IMG/VR virus record: IMGVR_UViG_3300010163_000006
Coordinates: 91,672 to 155,671 of that record
Reading direction: 5' to 3' (one strand)
From: a virus
Lineage: Duplodnaviria > Caudoviricetes
Length of the DNA stretch: 64,000 bases
A program made the translations under genes and the position numbers. Under the pieces are notes generated by a model. It worked only from the letters and a program-made list of their open reading frames with translations. It was not told the DNA's origin and searched no databases. Position 1 is the stretch's first letter. The number at the start of each line of letters is the position of its first letter. Positions 1 through 7,689 of this stretch are shown here, piece after piece.

Positions 1-121
1 GCGATGATTTTGCCATGAGCAATACCCAATCAGGTATTCTCATCAGCCATTTCGACGTTGCGGTTCTTACTTTTTCCGCTGTACGCAACATCTTTGAAAT
101 TCTGGTCCTTAACTTTTTCAT
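1..121 (-). CDS. Hypothetical protein, partial (runs off the window start)
   Basis: ATG at 121 with AGAAAGGA upstream; open frame MKKLRTRISKMLRTAEK... to the window edge; early-type promoter at about 183-214. Confidence 0.45.
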   Translation of the reverse strand, partial: MKKLRTRISKMLRTAEKVRTATSKWLMRIPDWVLLMAKSS

Positions 122-182
122 GGACCACCACATTCCTTTCTGGACAAGGTGATTTGAAATTATTCTTTTCATTTGTCCAATT

Positions 183-214
183 AAATAATATATGTATAGA
201 ATGTTAAAATAATA
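183..214 (-). promoter_or_regulatory. Phage early-type promoter copy
   Basis: Plus strand aaataatatatgtata...aaataata; same bipartite motif as the other copies upstream of minus-strand genes. Confidence 0.6.
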
Positions 215-247
215 GAAGCTGTAGCATACAAAAAATATTAATTAAAC

Positions 248-274
248 AAAAAAAAGAGGACGCTATGCGTCCTC
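248..274 (-). terminator. Intrinsic terminator
   Basis: GAGGACGC-tat-GCGTCCTC stem with an A-tract on its left (U-tract on minus). Confidence 0.75.
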
Positions 275-283
275 ATAATTTCT

Positions 284-991
284 TTAATGGGTTTTCTGTT
301 GTTGTTTCTTTTTCGCACGTTTCTTCTGTTTTCGCGACCTGGTTTTCTTCCGTCGTTTCTTCTTCGGAGGATTCTTCTGTTGTCCCATACCGTCGTGTTC
401 TACTGCCGTTTCATCTGTTTTGAGATTTTCTCCATTTGTCTCGGGTTGATCTGCTTCTGTGTTTTCTCCCTCTATTTTATTGATTTCTCTAACGAGGTTA
501 TCTTGCGTTTTATAGATAAGAGACATTGCGTCGTTTTCAATACAATTAAATTGTTTCGTAAGCTCTACTGTAAAACGAGATATCTCAGTATCGGTTAACG
601 GTCGATTGTTCAGTTTAAAAGAACCCAGGATGACGGCCTGAATATGTGCCTTCATATCAACCGTGTTAAAATCAGGAGGACTGGGGTCCTCGTTTGACGA
701 ATCGTCGGATGACACATCATCATCCTCTGCATCAGGTGTGTCTGTTGTTGCAGGAGGAGTTGTGATGTTCTCGTTGTTGTTAGCAGCCTTTGCAGCTCTC
801 TTTGCAGCAATTGCTGCAAATCCATGCTTAGCAGACTTACAAGCTGTTGTTGCCATTGCTGTTGCAGCAATACCAGTGATAGCACTACCAATTCCAACAG
901 CGGCAACGGGGTTCTTCTTGGCTACCTTTGACGCTTTCTTAACGATTCTCTTAGAGGACTTGTTAATCTTCTTAACAAATGTCTTTTTCAT
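284..991 (-). CDS. Hypothetical membrane-anchored protein (basic N-term, one hydrophobic helix, acidic middle, Lys/Arg-rich C-term)
   Basis: ORF 284..1054; start moved to ATG 991 (MKKTFVKK) behind GGAGAAGGAG. Confidence 0.7.
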   Translation of the reverse strand: MKKTFVKKINKSSKRIVKKASKVAKKNPVAAVGIGSAITGIAATAMATTACKSAKHGFAAIAAKRAAKAANNNENITTPPATTDTPDAEDDDVSSDDSSNEDPSPPDFNTVDMKAHIQAVILGSFKLNNRPLTDTEISRFTVELTKQFNCIENDAMSLIYKTQDNLVREINKIEGENTEADQPETNGENLKTDETAVEHDGMGQQKNPPKKKRRKKTRSRKQKKRAKKKQQQKTH

Positions 992-1073
992 AAGTATTCT
1001 CCTTCTCCCTCTATATGTATGAGGGTATAAAATTATTTGAATAATTTGAAACACTATATTTCTTTTTATTCAA

Positions 1074-1119
1074 TATAATAATATATATTTAGAGGATTGA
1101 AATAATAGGTGGTAGCATA
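1074..1119 (-). promoter_or_regulatory. Phage early-type promoter, long form (46 bp identical to 34171-34216)
   Basis: tataataatatatatttagaggattgaaataataggtggtagcata present at both positions. Confidence 0.75.
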
Positions 1120-1134
1120 GAAAATATACTGTAT

Positions 1135-1160
1135 AATGGGGAGGGATATCCCTCCCCATT
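1135..1160. terminator. Hairpin terminator
   Basis: Perfect palindrome aatggggagggat/atccctccccatt just after the stop of 1164..1403. Confidence 0.7.
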
Positions 1161-1163
1161 AAA

Positions 1164-1403
1164 TTAGTCTTTCTCAAAAGCCAATGCATCATATTCATTG
1201 GCTACATCTACTACGGCATTACTCATTATTTTATCATGGGATTCAATAATCCCGTTTATAATTGTTTGTGACTCCGGAGATGATTCCAATAATCTCTTTT
1301 TAACACGATCAAGATTACCAGCTTCTTGATCGTATATTGTTACAAATAATACAGCAAGATTGTTTATTTCTTCATTTGTTAATTCTGTATTCATACACTT
1401 CAC
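1164..1403 (-). CDS. Hypothetical protein
   Basis: 79 aa ORF with AAAGAGG RBS, followed by a terminator. Confidence 0.65.
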   Translation of the reverse strand: MKCMNTELTNEEINNLAVLFVTIYDQEAGNLDRVKKRLLESSPESQTIINGIIESHDKIMSNAVVDVANEYDALAFEKD

Positions 1404-1416
1404 CTCTTTTACTTTA

Positions 1417-1451
1417 CAAAAAATAATCCCCCAAATATTTGGGGGATTATT
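1417..1451 (-). terminator. Intrinsic terminator closing pentamer array A
   Basis: Palindrome aataatcccccaaat/atttgggggattatt with a left-hand A-tract. Confidence 0.75.
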
Positions 1452-1456
1452 GTCTC

Positions 1457-1930
1457 TTCACCAAGCATCACAAGACTGAACCAAGCCTCACCATGACAGA
1501 ACTAAAATAAACTATACTTAGCTTCACCATCACTCTACATGACGTTGCCTCACCAGTACCAAACAACACAATACCTGACAATATCATACCATGACGATAC
1601 TTGGCTGAACCATCACGTTAATATACCCGACACCACTCAACTTTACCAATACACCACCCACTTCAATACACCTGACAACACTCTACCAATACATGACGGG
1701 ACTGAACGATGCCACACCAACACATTGCATCACCCCACGAAACATGACAAAGCCTTACATTCACTTAACTCTGCAACACTATGCGTAACCTTAACGTTAC
1801 TGTGCAACTCACAGCTATGCCTTTACTGAACATCAGGTCATGTAATACTATATACATACCATCACATGACCTGACTACACCACACTTTAATACGCCACAC
1901 TTCACTTTACCATGGCTGTGATATTTGTGG
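1457..1930 (-). repeat. Pentamer-periodic array A (NNNGY steps with NNNGGY punctuation), putative guide-RNA array
   Basis: Plus strand parses as gcatc acaag actga accaa gcctc accatg / acaga actaa aataa actat actta gcttc accatc ...; lies between the RAMP-like gene stop and a terminator. Confidence 0.85.
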
Positions 1931-1934
1931 CTGA

Positions 1935-2567
1935 TTAGTGTTCTGAAGCATTACCCCCGATTACATTTCCGTCGGCATCAAGCTCTTCCCAGACAAATTT
2001 ACCCTTTCCACTGTTGCGCCACTGACCCGTTCCGTGGTAGAATCCATAGTCCAACCATTCACGAACGAGTGTTTCATCTTCATCCACCATACACAGTACG
2101 GTGAATTCGTTAGTGGAGCCGACCGGCACGGTTTCTGAACATGCCAGTGAAACACGTTCACCCTGTGGTGTGTTGGCTCTTAACGGTCTCTGACACAACG
2201 TTATCTCACCATTAACGTTGATGACGGATTTGCGTTCCTTGATAAAGATCAGACCGTCTATCTGTTTCTTAAACGCTTTGATCTTTGATGAAGCGGTACC
2301 TTTAACCTTTTTGAGGAAACTACAGGTCTCCTTGAAGTAACCTCGCCACTGATAGTCGTAAATGATCAGATTTCCGTCATCGTCTCTCGGGAATACGGTT
2401 GTTCCCTTTTCAACAGTCGGATCAACACCGACAGATGCTACCTCATCATCGATTGTGGTTGCATCGGGTGACTTCGAAGCGATGTAGCTTCTGTAGATTT
2501 CCTGGTCATTGGTTGCTGTGCCAAGCAGCTCCTCGATAAATGTTACGCGTACTCTGATTTCTTTCAT
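1935..2567 (-). CDS. Stand-alone RAMP/Cas7-like RNA-binding protein
   Basis: N-terminal strand IRVRVTFIEELLG, YQWRGYFKE helix, SETVPVGS strand, and C-terminal glycine-rich loop GTGQWRNSGKGKF (GxGxxRxxGxGxF, RAMP signature); start ATG 2567 behind AAAGGAGGT. Confidence 0.75.
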   Translation of the reverse strand: MKEIRVRVTFIEELLGTATNDQEIYRSYIASKSPDATTIDDEVASVGVDPTVEKGTTVFPRDDDGNLIIYDYQWRGYFKETCSFLKKVKGTASSKIKAFKKQIDGLIFIKERKSVINVNGEITLCQRPLRANTPQGERVSLACSETVPVGSTNEFTVLCMVDEDETLVREWLDYGFYHGTGQWRNSGKGKFVWEELDADGNVIGGNASEH

Positions 2568-2670
2568 AGAAATCAACCTCCTTTAGATAAATAATAAGTA
2601 GTTTATGGATATCTCATTTCTGATATATCCATAATAATTAAATATATTTCAAAAATAAGAAAAATAGAAA

Positions 2671-2691
2671 GTCCGGGGATAATCCCCGGAC
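2671..2691 (-). terminator. Hairpin terminator
   Basis: gtccggggat-a-atccccggac. Confidence 0.7.
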
Positions 2692-2706
2692 ATGAAATTC
2701 TTCTAT

Positions 2707-3093
2707 TTATGGAGCCGGATATATGACAAAAGTTTTCAGACCTTTGATCTTGAACCCGCCGTCTTCTGTCGGTTCTCCGAACACTCTTGGGACGGCAATC
2801 AATTTGGGATTGTTTGACACAAATTCCTTGATCATTTTGTCAGATTGGTCAAATTCAACATCTATCCACCCACCAACAAATCCCATATCATAACCAGTTA
2901 TCACTCCTATGATATCATTTATATCAACTCTCAAATGTAAAATATCTACTGTTTTACAGTCTGTTCCCTTCACAACCTTCATACCAACCAAACCATGTGT
3001 AGATATATGTTTGTATAAGTCTTTAAATGATAGACATTCGTTGATTCTGACGGGAATGGTTTTCCTGATCTTCTTAGGGATCCTGACTTTCAT
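2707..3093 (-). CDS. Hypothetical protein between the RAMP-like gene and array B
   Basis: ORF 2707..3114; likely start ATG 3093 behind GGAAAGGAG. Confidence 0.65.
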   Translation of the reverse strand: MKVRIPKKIRKTIPVRINECLSFKDLYKHISTHGLVGMKVVKGTDCKTVDILHLRVDINDIIGVITGYDMGFVGGWIDVEFDQSDKMIKEFVSNNPKLIAVPRVFGEPTEDGGFKIKGLKTFVIYPAP

Positions 3094-3117
3094 TAATTTA
3101 TCACTCCTTTCCATATA

Positions 3118-3157
3118 ATAAAAAATAACCCCCGTAAGGTGGGAGGAGGTTATTTTT
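3118..3157 (-). terminator. Imperfect terminator closing array B
   Basis: aaaaataacc...ggttattttt inverted repeat around a GC-rich core. Confidence 0.5.
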
Positions 3158-3171
3158 CTTTAAGATATGTC

Positions 3172-4700
3172 GTTACCATTACTCTACAAGACCCAACTTT
3201 GATGAACCATTACTGAACCAAACCGCGCTTTGCCTTACAACACTTGGCATCGCCGCACCGTAACACCGCTATACTGGGCTGAACTATGCCTTTACGCAAC
3301 AGCACTATTCGACGCTACACCATAACTTCACAATACCCACGCGGTACAATGCGTTACAGGACATAGCCTTTACTGGTACCATTCGACACCTTACCTGCAC
3401 ATGACATCGCCACCTATCACAACACAACACCAATACAGAACAATACCGAACGCCACACTACCTTTACGATACATACGAACACGAAGCTCAATATTACTAT
3501 ACTTAACATTACCCGTTACGTGACCATGCGGCACCTGACCTTACCAAAACATTACTCTACGCCTCCTGGCTTTACCCAAACATTACGCTCGCAGCATTAC
3601 TGCACCATCACAGCACCATACGTAAACTGACTATACATTACCGATACAATACGAATCAGTACGGAACATCACGGAACCCATTACGTAACGTAACGCCACT
3701 TGACCGAACTGCACCCTCACAAAACTATCCCATACTGTACCATTAATGTACACTGCGTGACTAAACACGACTCTACCTGTACTTTACTATGAGCAACGTA
3801 TCTCCGCTCCGCTTTACCTTTACTAAGCATTACCTGGTATTGCTTAACCTTGCCTATACGATACCAAGCGTGGCATTTCTTCACCGCACCGTTTACTCTA
3901 CATTACTCGACTTCACTCCAACATTACCCTCACATGGCATCATAAGACCACACTTTACCTTTACGACACCTCACAGAACAGGACCAAACCATGCCTGAAC
4001 ATTACCTTTAGATCACAATACGCGACGATACTTCACCTTACCATTACCAGAGAAAACGTCACCATACCGATACCGCAACCATGCTTCACCTTACTTAACC
4101 CTTACTTGGCTTGGCGGAACAAAACTATACTATACCGTTACATAATCATACCGCACCCGGCCTTACCCATAACATCACAAAACTTTTCTGTACACTTCCT
4201 TTGCGGAAACTATGCCCGACACAGCATCACGACACTATACCGGAACGCCACGTCACTCTACGGTACACCACCATGCTATACCAGCACAGTGCATTACTTG
4301 ACATTGCTTTACCTTACCAATGCTGTACATCACAATACCATTACGAAACAATACCAGACTGCAACTCACCGCGCATCACCTATGCTAAACATTACGTTCA
4401 AGACCCCGCTTTACTGAACCTTGACAAAACCAAACAGTGCCTCACCGAAGCATTACTTGACATTGCTTGACCATACTTCACATCACCTTTACTGAACGTT
4501 ATGAGACAAAGCGTCACCTCACAGCACCATTACTTGGCAAAACTTCACGTGACACGACGATACTTCACCTTACCATTACCCAACATGACAATATGACACC
4601 ATGCGTTGCCGTTAGCCATACATAACACAACATGCCCTCACAACGCAATACCTTTACAGAACATAAAAGCTCAGCACTACACTTCACCGATACGTCACAT
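3172..4700 (-). repeat. Pentamer-periodic array B (about 1.5 kb), putative guide-RNA array
   Basis: Minus strand 4577->4532 reads AATGGT AAGGT GAAGT ATCGT CGTGT CACGT GAAGT TTTGC CAAGT; the same register recurs throughout; no convincing protein-like ORF. Confidence 0.9.
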
Positions 4701-4701
4701 A

Positions 4702-6006
4702 TTATTGTTGAGATAAAATGTCATAATATCGAGAGACGTCAAATCCCAGTTTGTTTAGCTTGTCTATAAATTCCTTATAAGACTTCCGACCCAGATTTCG
4801 TATCTTCATTATATCTTCAGGAGCAGTAGATAATATATCACCAATTGTACGGATTCCTCCGCATTTCAGGGAATTGAAAGTCCTGACACTTAAGTCGATT
4901 AAATCTATATCCGTATCCTCTGTAAATTCAGGTATCTTCCCATCAACATCGAGAGAAATTTCTTGTGTTCGCAGTACCCCATACTTAAGAATCATCAACG
5001 CTCTTTTGTCCGCGATAATAGCGTTCGATATTTCTTCAACTGATTGTCTGGTATCAATACCCAAAATATGGATCAGAAATTCGACAGTCTCGACGTCACA
5101 AAGGTTGTCATCGAGATATCTCATGTTGTATATGTTTTCATACACACGTCTACCCAAGCGTGTAGAATTCTTTTCAACAAGATGCCGCAGCTTGTTTTTG
5201 TGTTCTCCATAAACGATAGTCCTTAGTGCTCGGGCTTCTATTTGTCTTATTCTATCCGGAGTAAGATTGTATTCATTTGCTATCTCTGTCAGAGTCATGT
5301 GATCAATAAACCTCTTGTCAAGTATATCAATATCTCTAATTTGTCTAATTGATCTTTGAATAAAGAGCTCGATATCTGTAGTATCTGTTCCGATAATTTC
5401 AAGATCATCTGAAAAGAAATCCATACCGTCTACTGCTGCAGCGATTAAGTTCCATGGATAGAGACTATATTGCACGGGGTATATGTTGGATATCATCTTT
5501 TCCATCCGTGTGAAATAAGGATTCTCTTTGTAATGGTAGATCTTTGCACAAGCGATTATGTTCGCAAGTTCACGCACGGTCTTGTAGATGTGGTTGTTAT
5601 TTATCACCATCTCAAGTAGGTCTGGTTCTAACCATAATCGTGAGATTGTGACGTCGGGAGAAAACTTCGATAAACGGATATCCTCAGTTTTCCAGAACTT
5701 TGATTTCAGCTTATCGGTAGGGATACTAACCCTTTGGGATACTAATGTCATTCCTGTATGTTCACTAATTGATTTCGGAGAAACTCCTAATATATTCCTA
5801 TAACCAAAAGCGATTAATGTGTCGTCACCGATGGTTGACAAAAGATCGTCAATCTTTTTCATGAGTTTATCCTCATTGATTTCTTCAATATCATTCAGAG
5901 ACAATCCCGGGAGAAATCCCTTCTCGATCAATCTCGTTATGATTGTTTTCACATCGACACCGGCTTCGAATACGTGGTTGTTAATAACTAATTCGCTAAA
6001 CTTCAT
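4702..6006 (-). CDS. Protein with sigma-70 region-4 HTH and C-terminal RNA polymerase alpha-CTD domain
   Basis: MTLTEIANEYNLTPDRIRQIEARALRTI (sigma 4.2) and IDLIDLSVRTFNSLKCGGIRTIGDIL...IRNLGRKSYKEF (alpha-CTD); GGAAGGAG RBS. Confidence 0.8.
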   Translation of the reverse strand: MKFSELVINNHVFEAGVDVKTIITRLIEKGFLPGLSLNDIEEINEDKLMKKIDDLLSTIGDDTLIAFGYRNILGVSPKSISEHTGMTLVSQRVSIPTDKLKSKFWKTEDIRLSKFSPDVTISRLWLEPDLLEMVINNNHIYKTVRELANIIACAKIYHYKENPYFTRMEKMISNIYPVQYSLYPWNLIAAAVDGMDFFSDDLEIIGTDTTDIELFIQRSIRQIRDIDILDKRFIDHMTLTEIANEYNLTPDRIRQIEARALRTIVYGEHKNKLRHLVEKNSTRLGRRVYENIYNMRYLDDNLCDVETVEFLIHILGIDTRQSVEEISNAIIADKRALMILKYGVLRTQEISLDVDGKIPEFTEDTDIDLIDLSVRTFNSLKCGGIRTIGDILSTAPEDIMKIRNLGRKSYKEFIDKLNKLGFDVSRYYDILSQQ

Positions 6007-6097
6007 AACTTTCTCCTTCCGAACCTATCACAGGTTCTGCTTATTAATTATTTTAAGTATGAATAATATGAAAGCAACCACTTTCTTCTTATTCGCA

Positions 6098-6130
6098 TAA
6101 ATAATATATATTTATAAAATATAAATAATA
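6098..6130 (-). promoter_or_regulatory. Phage early-type promoter copy
   Basis: aaataatatatattta...aaataata upstream of 4702..6006. Confidence 0.6.
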
Positions 6131-6164
6131 ACCAGCATAATAGAAAATGAAAAAGAAAAATGGA

Positions 6165-6183
6165 GCCGGGCATTATGCCCGGC
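6165..6183 (-). terminator. Terminator at the end of the tRNA cluster
   Basis: gccgggcat-t-atgcccggc with an A-rich left flank. Confidence 0.65.
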
Positions 6184-6237
6184 GTTAGAGAAAGAATTAG
6201 TAGGATAAATTTGTTCCGTAGTTTGTAGAACACGGAG

Positions 6238-6293
6238 TGGTTGTGGTAGAGGAATTCGAATCTCCGGAATGACAGAGTCAAATCAATACCACA
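6238..6293 (-). pseudogene. Truncated tRNA-Gln(UUG)-like element lacking the D arm
   Basis: Acceptor TGTGGTA/TACCACA plus ACCA, TTCGAAT T-loop and TTTGAC-TCTGT anticodon 3' half; about 20 nt missing. Confidence 0.6.
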
Positions 6294-6369
6294 TGGTTGG
6301 GATGCCCAGATTCGAACTGGGGGAATTACGGGGTCAAGGCCCGCCGCATTACCGCTTTGCTACACCCCA
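6294..6369 (-). tRNA. tRNA-Gln(UUG)
   Basis: Cloverleaf: TGGGGTG/CATCCCA-ACCA, anticodon arm GCGGG-CCTTGAC-CCCGT, TTCGAAT. Confidence 0.8.
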
Positions 6370-6442
6370 ATTTACTTCCCTTTTGTATATTGGTTGCCTT
6401 TAAACTTATGACCCATTGCGTTTTGACGATACCACAATATTT

Positions 6443-6517
6443 TGGTGACGCGTATGAGGATCGAACTCACGTCACCGCCGTGAAAGGGCGGTGTCTTAAC
6501 CACTTGACTAACGCGCC
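6443..6517 (-). tRNA. tRNA-Glu(UUC)
   Basis: GGCGCGT/ACGCGTC-ACCA, CCGCC-CTTTCAC-GGCGG. Confidence 0.9.
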
Positions 6518-6521
6518 AGTT

Positions 6522-6596
6522 TGGAGGTCCCGTCCAGAGTTGAACTGGAGATCGTGGTGTTGCGGACCACTGTCTTAACCTCTTGACTACGGGATC
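6522..6596 (-). tRNA. tRNA-Cys(GCA)
   Basis: GTGGT-CCGCAAC-ACCAC anticodon arm, U73 discriminator (TCCA end). Confidence 0.8.
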
Positions 6597-6598
6597 AT

Positions 6599-6722
6599 GT
6601 GGATTAGATGTGTATTTTTAATGGACCGTTATATTCCACATTACCTCCTCCGTTGATACAGAGCTGCAGTGTGTCAACTTCTGGTGTTCTCGGATTTTAA
6701 ACTAATGATACACATAATCCAC
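6599..6722 (-). ncRNA. Unknown structured RNA, copy 1
   Basis: Terminal stem, 9-bp/9-nt hairpin at 6652-6678, sequence blocks shared with 7201-7307. Confidence 0.6.
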
Positions 6723-6724
6723 TT

Positions 6725-6802
6725 TGGTGGGATATGCTGGATTCGAACCAGCGTCATAACGCCGTGCACAACGTATACTTTTCCCCGCTAAAATAATATC
6801 CC
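6725..6802 (-). pseudogene. Degenerate tRNA (UGC/Ala-like loop)
   Basis: GGGATAT/ATATCCC-ACCA and GCTGG-TTCGAAT-CCAGC intact; anticodon loop irregular (GTGCAC); no G3:U70. Confidence 0.55.
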
Positions 6803-6805
6803 ATT

Positions 6806-6881
6806 TGGTGGATGGTGATGGAGTTGAACCACTATTCTCATTATCGTCGTGATAATGCACTTTCCTTAAGCTACATGCGTC
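6806..6881 (-). pseudogene. Highly degenerate tRNA-like element
   Basis: CCA end, GTGG-TTCAACT-CCAT T-arm-like hairpin, CATTATC/GATAATG hairpin; acceptor stem poorly paired. Confidence 0.4.
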
Positions 6882-7200
6882 ATTTTATATTTATACGTCT
6901 GCCAAGGGATCTACATACGGTGTACATGGAAATAGATCAAATATCCCTTTGTTCCAGTCATCAAACAGATCGTCTTTACTGATTGTCGGATTGCCTTCCC
7001 TTGCCATGATTGTTGAAAGAGAGCAATTGGTACACTATACGCATCCTATTACATATTTCTTATCTCCTTTTGACACTTCGCGTGTTACATATTTTACTTT
7101 ATCGGCAGAATTACACCGAGGACATGGATTGATATTCATGTATGCCATCCTTTACCAAGACATCTTTATGTAGTATGAATTTAAAAATATATAATAAACA

Positions 7201-7307
7201 AAATGTGTATCGGGGCTCGGGAAGCGACCCCTCCTCCTCACTCAATGCATAGCCATGGTACATTGAGGTCTGGTGTTCTCATTAACTTTAAACTATTAAC
7301 ACATTTC
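7201..7307 (-). ncRNA. Unknown structured RNA, copy 2
   Basis: Terminal stem aaatgtgt/acacattt, 9-bp/9-nt hairpin at 7241-7267, blocks shared with copy 1. Confidence 0.6.
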
Positions 7308-7387
7308 ATTTATTATTGTAATCGCCAACCCAGACGATCACCACATTCGCCACACCTGATGGTCTCCCTATCGAATGCATTCCTCGT

Positions 7388-7472
7388 TGGTGACTGAGGT
7401 GGGACTCGAACCCACATACCTTTCGATACGGGTACTTGAAGCCCGCGCGTCTGCCAATTCCGCCACTCAGGC
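7388..7472 (-). tRNA. tRNA-Leu(CAA)
   Basis: GGCGGAATTGGCAGAC D arm, TTCAAGT loop, long variable arm, GTGGG-TTCGAGT-CCCAC, ACCA. Confidence 0.85.
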
Positions 7473-7689
7473 AAATGGGACGCATCATGGCCTTTACCTA
7501 ACAACGAGGGAAGCCTCCTATGATACGTCCATTTATAGAGGTCAACACACCATCACTCTTCCAATGACGATGTGTATATTACTGTAATAATATTATCTAA
7601 AAATATTTGGTGTTAAATGACCTTCCTTTACTGCAAACAGTTTATACATGATAAATCTCCTTATTTATTCATCTGATAACAGATCGAGA

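Noticed and set aside
1539-4470. Plus-strand ORFs 1539..1829, 3789..3998, 4106..4417, 4111..4470
   Set aside because: Thr/His/Leu/Pro-rich, overlapping in different frames, no RBS; by-products of the pentamer periodicity
1457-4700. Canonical CRISPR array
   Set aside because: No 25-45 nt direct repeat recurring between unique spacers; conservation is limited to about 2 of every 5 nt
3172-4700. Simple satellite, or coding repeat on the minus strand
   Set aside because: Adjacent pentamers are nearly all different, the period of 5 is incompatible with codon structure, and the track shows no minus-strand ORF of 60 aa or more
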